Shown: one piece after another, positions 57,039 to 64,000 of the stretch
Layout of the letters: each line of letters opens with the position of its first letter
Numbering within the stretch: the first letter of the stretch is position 1
NCBI GenBank assembly: GCA_021771035.1
Contig: JAETPU010000007.1
Coordinates: 7,658 to 71,657, forward strand
DNA: 64,000 bases
Reading direction: 5' to 3'
Source of the DNA: Marvinbryantia formatexigens
Lineage (GTDB): Bacteria; Bacillota; Clostridia; Oscillospirales; Ruminococcaceae
Notes under the pieces: model-generated
Database searches by the model: none
Seen by the model: only the letters and a program-made list of their open reading frames with translations
What the model was told of the DNA's origin: nothing
Position numbers and translations under genes: made by a program

Positions 57039-58451
57039 TCAGAACCGGAAATCCCGCATTCCGCCGTCCATATCGTGCAGGTGCTCCAGTACAGTCTGGC
57101 GAACCTGCTCATTGGGGATATCCTGAGCTTCCTTTTTGATCATCTCAATGGCCAGGCGGTAGGTGTCCTCGCTGGCATAGTCCTCCGCGTATTCCTTGAG
57201 GGTCATCAGCGCGTTGGGCAGGCAGCAATTCTTAATCTCACCCTGCTTGACGAGAGACATAAACCGGTCGCCGGTTCTTCCCAGGCGGTAGCAGGCAGTA
57301 CAGAAGCTGGGGATATACCCTAAGCGCAGCAGCCAGTTCACCACCTGATCCAGCGTTCTGCGGTCGCTGACTTCAAATTGAGAGGAATCCTCCTCCTCTT
57401 CCTCCGCGTAGCCGCCTACACTGGTGCGGGAGCCGCCGCTAATCTGGGAAACGCCGTATTTAATCACCATTTCCCGGGATTTCTGGGACTCTCTGGTGGA
57501 CACAATCAGCCCCGTATAGGGTACGGCGATACGCAGAATCGCGACAATTTTCTGGAACAATTCATCGGAAATTCCGTTTTTAAATTCGGAGGCGTCGATA
57601 TCGTCCGCATTGCGCAGGCGCGGAACGCTGATGGTGTGGGGGCCCACACCGTGCACGGCCTCCAGATGCTCCGCGTGCATGAGCAGTCCCACAAAGTCAT
57701 ACTTGTACAGGTTAAGCCCGAACAGCACGCCGCAGCCCACGTCGTCGATACCGCCCTCCATGGCCCGGTCCATGGCCTCGGTGTGGTAATCATAGTTGTG
57801 CTTGGGGCCTGTGGGGTGCAGCAGCTCATACTGCTCCTTGTTATAGGTCTCCTGGAACAGGATATAGGTGCCGATGCCCGCCTCCTTGAGCTTGCGGTAA
57901 TTCTCCACCGTGGTGGCGGCAATATTTACGTTCACCCGGCGGATTGCACCGTTTTTATGCTTGATGGAATAGATGGTCTTGATGCTCTCCAGCACATACT
58001 CGATGGGACAGTTCACCGGATCCTCGCCGGTCTCCAGCGCAAGGCGCTTGTGGCCCATATCCTGCAGTGCGATAACCTCCCGGCGGATCTCCTCCTGGGA
58101 CAGCTGTTTTCTGGGAATGTGCTTGTTCTTGGCATGGTAGGGGCAGTAGGTACATCCGTTGACACAGTAGTTGGAGAGGTACAAGGGCGCGAACATGACG
58201 ATACGGTTCCCGTAAAACTCCTGTTTAATCTTGGTTGCCTGCTCATAAATGCGTTTGAGTGCATGCTCATCCTCGCAGCACAGAAGCAGGGCCGCCTCCC
58301 GGTGGGAAAGGCCCTTGAGCTCATCCGTCTTGTCGATGATGCGGTTGATCAGCTCCAGGTTCCCCTTATTTTCCTCGGCCCAGGCAATGGTGTCGCGGAT
58401 TTCCTGGTCGTCAATAAATTCTGTCGCCTTTTTGGAATACTTGTCATACAT
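57039..58451 (-). CDS. hydG: [FeFe]-hydrogenase H-cluster maturase HydG (radical SAM)
   Basis: 470 aa. Radical-SAM CVNGCTYC and the C-terminal CTAC-x22-C motif (SFCTACYRLGRTGDRFMSLVKQGEIKNCC) characteristic of HydG. Confidence 0.92.
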   Translation of the reverse strand: MYDKYSKKATEFIDDQEIRDTIAWAEENKGNLELINRIIDKTDELKGLSHREAALLLCCEDEHALKRIYEQATKIKQEFYGNRIVMFAPLYLSNYCVNGCTYCPYHAKNKHIPRKQLSQEEIRREVIALQDMGHKRLALETGEDPVNCPIEYVLESIKTIYSIKHKNGAIRRVNVNIAATTVENYRKLKEAGIGTYILFQETYNKEQYELLHPTGPKHNYDYHTEAMDRAMEGGIDDVGCGVLFGLNLYKYDFVGLLMHAEHLEAVHGVGPHTISVPRLRNADDIDASEFKNGISDELFQKIVAILRIAVPYTGLIVSTRESQKSREMVIKYGVSQISGGSRTSVGGYAEEEEEDSSQFEVSDRRTLDQVVNWLLRLGYIPSFCTACYRLGRTGDRFMSLVKQGEIKNCCLPNALMTLKEYAEDYASEDTYRLAIEMIKKEAQDIPNEQVRQTVLEHLHDMDGGMRDFRF

Positions 58452-58481
58452 CGCTGTGTTCCTCCCAAATTTTCTTCCCGT

Positions 58482-58736
58482 TTAATTTTCTTTCTGCTTT
58501 TGATACACCGTTTTCACGCTCACCCCGGGCAGATTTCCCAATTTCCCCGTCATGGCGCTGACAGCTGGAGTCGGGGCATCCATGGCTACGCTGATAATGT
58601 GGACGCCCCGCTCCCGGTAGGGAATTCCCATTCTTCCAATGATGTAATCCCCATATCCGTGGAGGATGGTATTGATGCTTTCTGCCTGCCCGGCGTCCTC
58701 CAGGATAATCCCCACCAGGGCGATTCGTTTTTCCAT
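58482..58736 (-). CDS. TM1266-family iron-only hydrogenase system regulator (ACT-like small protein)
   Basis: 84 aa. MEKRIALVGIILEDAGQAESINTILHGYGDYIIGRMGIPYRERGVHIISVAMDAP... It lies immediately upstream of hydG, which is the usual context. Confidence 0.8.
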   Translation of the reverse strand: MEKRIALVGIILEDAGQAESINTILHGYGDYIIGRMGIPYRERGVHIISVAMDAPTPAVSAMTGKLGNLPGVSVKTVYQKQKEN

Positions 58737-58959
58737 TAAAAATATCAATCCTTTCTGGAATTGTGCCGGTTTTGCCTTGCAAAATTGGAATCCTTGGATT
58801 CGAAAGGCACAAAAGCAAGCTTGACTGTTTTCGTTCAAACCGGTTTCATCCCTTTCTCAGGCGCACCGGGACCCTCGAAGCCTTCGAATTTCCTGGATTC
58901 CCAGGGCGCGGACCGTCCCCATTCCCAAATCCGCCGGGCTTTCTCCCTGTTGACGGCAC

Positions 58960-58983
58960 AAAAAAAGCGCGCCAGCGGCGCGC
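58960..58983 (-). terminator. Intrinsic terminator on the minus strand
   Basis: The minus strand reads GCGCGCC-GCT-GGCGCGC followed by TTTTTTT. Confidence 0.8.
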
Positions 58984-59151
58984 AGCGATCCGAAACTCCC
59001 TCATCGTCCATAGGGAATACAGTTTGCCATAGCGTCGCCTTTTTTCTCAGGGGGCTTCCCTTTAAAATCAGGAAACGATATCCGGCGGTATGCTCCGGTT
59101 CCCGGTCAGAATTTTCGTCCCGGTAAGGCTGCTGAGCCGCCGTTATCTGTC
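58960..59151 (-). ncRNA. Candidate ~190 nt sRNA or terminated cis-regulatory leader (class unknown)
   Basis: Bounded by the promoter and terminator above. Only a 9-codon ORF (MANCIPYGR) lies inside. The hydrogenase regulator gene lies about 220 nt downstream. Confidence 0.3.
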
Positions 59152-59157
59152 TCTTTC

Positions 59158-59186
59158 ACTTTACCAGCATTTTGCACGGTTGTCAA
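59158..59186 (-). promoter_or_regulatory. Sigma-A promoter on the minus strand
   Basis: The minus strand reads TTGACA, exactly 17 nt, TAAAGT, with TG one base upstream of the -10 (TGgTAAAGT). Confidence 0.45.
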
Positions 59187-59287
59187 TTCTCAGAGCCGTT
59201 TCTTTTCCGAATGATACCTGAAATCAGAAATTTCAGGTAAGGGACGGCCGCAGCCGCCTGACAGGATTCTGCGGCTGTCGCCCTTCC

Positions 59288-60367
59288 TTAATAAACAGCC
59301 TTGGCCAAGGTAGTTCCCGGATAGTAGTGGGCTAAAATATCACGGTAACCGTCCCCCTGCCGGGCCATATAATCCGCCCCATACTGGGAGAGCCCCACGC
59401 CGTGCCCATACCCCTTCACCGTAAAGGTAAAGGCGTTGTCCTGATACCCCACCTGCACATTGCTGGAGCGCAGGGATAAGATGTTTCGCAGCTCATTGCC
59501 GGTAAAGGTTTTGTCCCCCGCCTGAATCTGCGTGAGATACCCGGAATCCGAGCGCTCCTCTGCGGAAAACCACCCCGCCGGATCCTCTGGGAGGGTAATC
59601 TCCCCCTGGGCCTGGAGCAGTGCCTTCACCTCGTCGCTTGTGAGCTTTACCGTAGTCTCATAGTCGGGCGCTAACGTATCCCCAAAGCTCTCGGCAGGCA
59701 CCAGATACGGCGCTCCGGCCTCCCAGACATTTTTGGCGTCCTCGGTCTTTCCCGCGCTCATGGAGTGGTAGGCCGCCACGATGGGCTGTTCCTCATAGAG
59801 CAGAATTTCATCCACCACCTCGTCCGCTGCCTGGCAGATCTTCTGCCAGTACTGCTCAAATTTATCCCCAAACCGCTCCCGTGCCAGCTCCTCTGTGGTA
59901 TACACCAGCCAGTCCTGGGGCCGCGCCGAAAAATCCGCGCCCTTGAGTTTTTCATTGGGGCTGCTCTTCTGCTCCTGCTGCAGGCGCAGCGCGTAGGTAT
60001 GTGCGGCAACGGCCTGCGCCTTCAGGGCCTCCAGCGCAAAATCCGGCGGCATTTCCGCACACACCGCGCCCCGCACATAGTCCCGGATGGAAACCTCCTC
60101 CACCTTTCCTGTGTTTTCATTGAGGATTTTAAAGGTTTTCTCCGTGGGAACCTGCGCTGTAATCTCTCCCTGTGCCTGCTGCGCCGGCTCGGGCTGGCTC
60201 TGCGGCTGGGATTCTTCTCCGGACGCCTGAGAGGGCCCCTCAGAGCCCGCCTGGGAGGTTTCTTCCCCAGGCGCCGGCGCTTGGGGAAGGGAGAATCCCA
60301 TCGCCATCATAGGGATACACATCACCAGTAAAAAAAACACCAGGAATAAAACCAACTTTTCCTTCAT
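59288..60367 (-). CDS. spoIID: Stage II sporulation protein D (SpoIID/LytB lytic transglycosylase domain)
   Basis: N-terminal TM/signal, low-complexity linker, then ...VVAAYHSMSAGKTED...PYLV...GYGHGVGLSQYGADYMA. Confidence 0.9.
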   Translation of the reverse strand: MKEKLVLFLVFFLLVMCIPMMAMGFSLPQAPAPGEETSQAGSEGPSQASGEESQPQSQPEPAQQAQGEITAQVPTEKTFKILNENTGKVEEVSIRDYVRGAVCAEMPPDFALEALKAQAVAAHTYALRLQQEQKSSPNEKLKGADFSARPQDWLVYTTEELARERFGDKFEQYWQKICQAADEVVDEILLYEEQPIVAAYHSMSAGKTEDAKNVWEAGAPYLVPAESFGDTLAPDYETTVKLTSDEVKALLQAQGEITLPEDPAGWFSAEERSDSGYLTQIQAGDKTFTGNELRNILSLRSSNVQVGYQDNAFTFTVKGYGHGVGLSQYGADYMARQGDGYRDILAHYYPGTTLAKAVY

Positions 60368-60574
60368 ACGCTTTTCTCATCTCCTTAAAACGCAGGAATT
60401 GCCAATATAACATTCATTTATAATTATCATAACGAATTATTATTGGCTTATATTTGCAAAAAACTTGACTTTTTCTAGAAATAAAGCTATGATATTCTTC
60501 AAATATGAAATTAATATTAATTTGATTATTCATTTTTATATGGATAGATGAATTTTTGAAACGGAGGAACAGCC

Positions 60575-61960
60575 ATGACTTTTGCAGCACAAGAATCTAC
60601 CATCCGGGCCTCCCGCCGCCTGCATGAGGACATCCTTAGCCTATGCGGCGAATTCCAGAAATATAACTTCATTGATGAAGGGGATTATGAACACTACGAC
60701 GTCAAGCGCGGACTGCGCAATTTTGACGGCACCGGCGTGGTTGCCGGGCTCACCAACATCTGTAATGTCCATGGCTATGTGCTGGATGAAGGCGACAAAA
60801 CCCCCATTGACGGCGAGCTCATCTACCGGGGAATCCGCATCCAGGAGCTGGTTCGGGGCTGTGAAGCCGAAAACCGCTTTGGGTTTGAGGAGACCATTTG
60901 GCTTTTGCTGTTCGGCAAGCTGCCCACAAAGCGCCAGCTGGACGATTTCACCGAGCTGCTCTCCGTGGCAAGGGAACTGCCCGAAGGCTTTGTGGAGGAT
61001 ATGATTATCAAGGCCCCTTCTCCCAACATCATGAACAAGCTGGCCCGCAGTGTGCTGGCCCTGTATTCCTACGATGAAAACCCGGAGGATCAAAGCCTGC
61101 AGAACACCATGCGCATCTGCATCGGGCTAATCGCAAAGCTGCCCTCCATTATCGTGCACGCCTATCAGGTGAAGCGCCGGTTCTATGATCACCAGAGTAT
61201 GTTCTTCCATCCGCCGATGCTTCACCACTCCACAGCCGAAAATATCCTGTACAGCCTGCGGGCGGATAATCAGTTCTCACCCCAGGAAGCCCGGCTGTTG
61301 GATCTGTGCCTGATGCTGCACGCGGAGCACGGCGGCGGAAACAACTCCACCTTTGCCACCAGAGTGCTCACCTCCTCCGGGACCGATCCCTATTCCGCTG
61401 TTGCCGCAGGCGTGGGGGCCCTCAAGGGCCACCGGCACGGCGGCGCCAACCATAAGGTCCTGCAGATGCTGGGATATATTAAGGAAGGGGTTTCCAACTG
61501 GGAGGACGATGAGGAAATCGCCCAATTCCTGGAGAAAATCCTGCTCAAAGAGGCCGGCGACGGCAGCGGGCTTATCTATGGAATCGGCCACGCTGTCTAT
61601 ACAAAAAGCGATCCCCGTGCTATAATATTGAGAGATCACGCCATGTCCTTAGCCAAGGGAACCCAGCTGGAGCCGGAATTCCGCCTGCTCCATGCCGTAG
61701 AACGGCTTGCGCCGGGGGCCTTTGCCAAAATCAAGCACGACGACAAGGTGATGTGCGCCAATGTGGATCTGTATTCCGGCCTGGTATACCAGCTGCTGGG
61801 GATCCCGGCGGATTTGTTCACCCCCTTGTTTGCCACTGCGAGGATTGCCGGCTGGAGCGCCCATATTATGGAGGAAATGATCTTTGGAAAGCGGATTATC
61901 CGTCCCGCCTATAAGGCGCTGGTCCATCCGCAGCCCTATCTTCCTCTGGCTGAGCGCTGA
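60575..61960 (+). CDS. Citrate synthase
   Basis: LCLMLHAEHGGGNNSTF and YGIGHAVYTKSDPRA are citrate synthase signatures. ACGGAGGAA RBS. Confidence 0.93.
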   Translation: MTFAAQESTIRASRRLHEDILSLCGEFQKYNFIDEGDYEHYDVKRGLRNFDGTGVVAGLTNICNVHGYVLDEGDKTPIDGELIYRGIRIQELVRGCEAENRFGFEETIWLLLFGKLPTKRQLDDFTELLSVARELPEGFVEDMIIKAPSPNIMNKLARSVLALYSYDENPEDQSLQNTMRICIGLIAKLPSIIVHAYQVKRRFYDHQSMFFHPPMLHHSTAENILYSLRADNQFSPQEARLLDLCLMLHAEHGGGNNSTFATRVLTSSGTDPYSAVAAGVGALKGHRHGGANHKVLQMLGYIKEGVSNWEDDEEIAQFLEKILLKEAGDGSGLIYGIGHAVYTKSDPRAIILRDHAMSLAKGTQLEPEFRLLHAVERLAPGAFAKIKHDDKVMCANVDLYSGLVYQLLGIPADLFTPLFATARIAGWSAHIMEEMIFGKRIIRPAYKALVHPQPYLPLAER

Positions 61961-61993
61961 ACCCTGGGGATATGGCCTTAAACGGGGGATAAC

Positions 61994-62932
61994 ATGAAAA
62001 AATTTGCTGCTGTACTCTATGTCCTGTTCACCGGCGCCCTCATTGGGCTGCGGTGCTATATTCAAAATACGCTTCTGGAGCCGGATACCGGTTTTTATCT
62101 GGAAAACGCGCTGCCGGTGGCCATACAAAACTGGGCGCTTCTGGCAGTATGCCTTATCTGGCTTGTGCTTCCGCTGCTGGTGTATCCTTCCCGGCAGGAG
62201 CCTCTCAAGCATCAGGGGCCAAGTGGTTTGGCGCAGATTTTTCTGGGATTTGTCCTGGTGCTCTCCATTGTTTTGGACGCACTGTTCACCAATTCCTCTT
62301 CCGCCCTGTTTACCGCCGCTATGCTGCCGCAGATGCTGCTGTGGCTTCTGGGCACCGCCTGTGGAATCCTGTTTTTAGTCCGTGGGTTCGGGATCCTCAA
62401 GGGAAAGGAATACCGCTCCACAGCCGCCCTCTTTTCCTATCTTCTCCCGGTTGTATGGATGGTTGCCGTTTTGGTGTATCACTTTGTGCGCTATACCGCG
62501 GCTCTCACCATTTCCCACCAGCTGTTTGAAATCTTATTCTATCTTGCCTCCACCGTCTTCTTTTTGGGGCACGCGGGCGTGCTGTGTGATGTGTGCCCGT
62601 TAAAGAGCCTGCGTTACTCGATGATCGGCGGATGTATCGGCAGCCTGTTCGCCTTTCTTTTGACAATTCCCGCAGGAGCCGCCTATCTGATGGGCAATGG
62701 GGACAAAATTTTCTGTTCCCAGGGACAATTTGTCCTGTTCCTGGGCGTGGGGCTGTATCAGCTGTTTTATGTGCTGTACTGCATGAAAAAAAGCCAGCCG
62801 CGCCAGCGCCGCCTGCGGGAGGAGCCGGCTGTCCCTTCGGAGGAGCCTGTGGATCCGCAGAAAGGGCTGTTGGAGCTCTCCCTGCCCGGCCAGGATGAAA
62901 CTGTCCCTGAGCCGCAGGATGGGCAGGAATAG
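61994..62932 (+). CDS. Hypothetical polytopic membrane protein
   Basis: 312 aa with about 8 hydrophobic segments and a charged P/E-rich tail. GGGGGA RBS. Confidence 0.65.
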   Translation: MKKFAAVLYVLFTGALIGLRCYIQNTLLEPDTGFYLENALPVAIQNWALLAVCLIWLVLPLLVYPSRQEPLKHQGPSGLAQIFLGFVLVLSIVLDALFTNSSSALFTAAMLPQMLLWLLGTACGILFLVRGFGILKGKEYRSTAALFSYLLPVVWMVAVLVYHFVRYTAALTISHQLFEILFYLASTVFFLGHAGVLCDVCPLKSLRYSMIGGCIGSLFAFLLTIPAGAAYLMGNGDKIFCSQGQFVLFLGVGLYQLFYVLYCMKKSQPRQRRLREEPAVPSEEPVDPQKGLLELSLPGQDETVPEPQDGQE

Positions 62933-63345
62933 TACCAAAACAGGGCTTGCGTATCACAAAGCCGGTGCGTTCTGTGCTCATCGCTGAACCCAGCTGCAAA
63001 ACGGTATGCCTGCGGCGGATACCGTTCCCGGCAAATTCCGCCGCGCGCCTGCAAACGGGCGTGCTTGTGCCTATCCAGGTTCTCCGGATACACAGAGGTC
63101 ATAGGCAAAGGTTCCCCACGCGCTTCTGAAGCGTATGAGAGGGAATGGACATTGACGAAAAGCCCCCTGCCGTAGGAAAACAGCTACGGCAGGGGGCTAA
63201 TTGTATATAAGAAAAAACGTGCAAGAGATGGAAAACAGGATGCCGGAGGCGGGAGTGCCAGGTAAGCCGCATGGCTTTTATCACCGTATCGTCTCAGCCG
63301 ACGGCAAAATCCGCCGCGCCAGCCAAAGAAGCGGGGGGACTGCCG

Positions 63346-63948
63346 TCAGCGCTTGGAATGATTCAGACAGAACCTCCCCGTGAAGGCAGGAGCCGCTTTC
63401 TGAACAGCCGCAAAAACCACCCAGCCTAAAACCGCGCCCAAGGTGTTCAGCCATAAATCGTCCACATCCGTTCCCCGCGGCTGTGGAATTTGGGACAGCT
63501 CAATGAATAGGGAACAGCAGAATCCGGCCAGTGCCGCTGTCCGCAGGGATTTTTTGTTCCACAACAGCGGAATCAAGAAGCCGATTGGCAGGAACATGAC
63601 TATATTCCCGAGAAAATTGATCAGGAAATACTCAAAATTCCCCTGGACAAAGACTTCGTAATAGGTATCATAAAACACCCTCAAGGGAATTAGATTGATG
63701 CCCGAGGCGCCGCCGGACAGAATCCTCACCGCGCCGCCGTCAAATTCCAGCTTGGGGATTACCGTTTGGGAGGCCAGCCCCACCAGAAACAGGGCAAACA
63801 CCAATAGTCCAGCCTCATGCCACAGAGTTGTCCTGACGCCCTTGCTGCGCAGACCCGGCACCCGAATTCCGCGCCACAGCAAAATGACAGGCAGGGCACA
63901 CAGCATATAGGGAAGCATATTCAGCACATATCGCAGGATTCCCATCAT
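63346..63948 (-). CDS. VanZ family protein
   Basis: GGAAGGAG RBS before ATG 63948. 4-5 TM segments and C-terminal ...RGTDVDDLWLNTLGAVLGWVVF, typical of VanZ-like proteins. Confidence 0.72.
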   Translation of the reverse strand: MMGILRYVLNMLPYMLCALPVILLWRGIRVPGLRSKGVRTTLWHEAGLLVFALFLVGLASQTVIPKLEFDGGAVRILSGGASGINLIPLRVFYDTYYEVFVQGNFEYFLINFLGNIVMFLPIGFLIPLLWNKKSLRTAALAGFCCSLFIELSQIPQPRGTDVDDLWLNTLGAVLGWVVFAAVQKAAPAFTGRFCLNHSKR

Positions 63949-64000
63949 AAAAAACTCCTTCCAACACTCCGTCAAATCCGACTTCACACACCAACTTTCT

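Noticed and set aside
58960-59151. Assignment of the ~190-nt unit to a known riboswitch, 6S or SRP RNA
   Set aside because: None of the following was found. There is no CUGAGA...ACCUGAU (TPP) arrangement, no B12 box, no SAM-I or ZTP cores, no SRP GGAAGCAGC motif, and no 5'/3' end complementarity as expected for 6S. It is left unclassified.

Overview
The window is 64 kb of a moderately GC-rich, Clostridia-type Firmicutes chromosome. This assignment rests on spoIID, hydG plus a TM1266-type hydrogenase regulator, GGAGG-type RBSs and lipoboxes. Most of it is housekeeping backbone: recA-recX, rimO-pgsA, folC, rpmE, yigZ, dnaG-rpoD, lon-engB, lysA, citrate synthase and spoIID. Several accessory insertions interrupt this backbone.

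(1) The left edge carries two tandem large serine recombinases. They are followed by a visibly AT-rich, tightly packed four-gene cassette: an ABC/SMC-like AAA ATPase, a ComEC-type MBL-fold hydrolase with a variant metal motif, a Cys-rich protein and a 4-TM protein. I consider this the best candidate for an undescribed defence or abortive-infection system.

(2) An ~8.8 kb segment is bracketed by ~275 bp direct repeats. It carries a pair of MutS-domain-V proteins with non-canonical ATPase motifs, an AlkZ/YcaQ-like winged-helix glycosylase, a long promoter-bearing non-coding stretch and an ABC-2 exporter.

(3) A 3.5-4 copy tandem array of a ~123 bp unit lies between recX and rimO. Each unit has an extended -10 box and two hairpins.

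(4) A lower-GC minus-strand operon contains a signal-peptide ORF and a papain-like peptidase ORF. They are separated only by a +1 frame change at an A7 tract.

(5) A small conserved gene is broken by a 7-bp tandem repeat.

(6) Further items are a LysR / CoA-disulfide-reductase-rhodanese / sulfite-reductase-like cluster, a MarR plus heterodimeric ABC exporter, a low-GC metzincin islet, and a promoter-190 nt-terminator unit upstream of the hydrogenase maturation genes.

All family assignments come from motif reading by eye. No database search was run.
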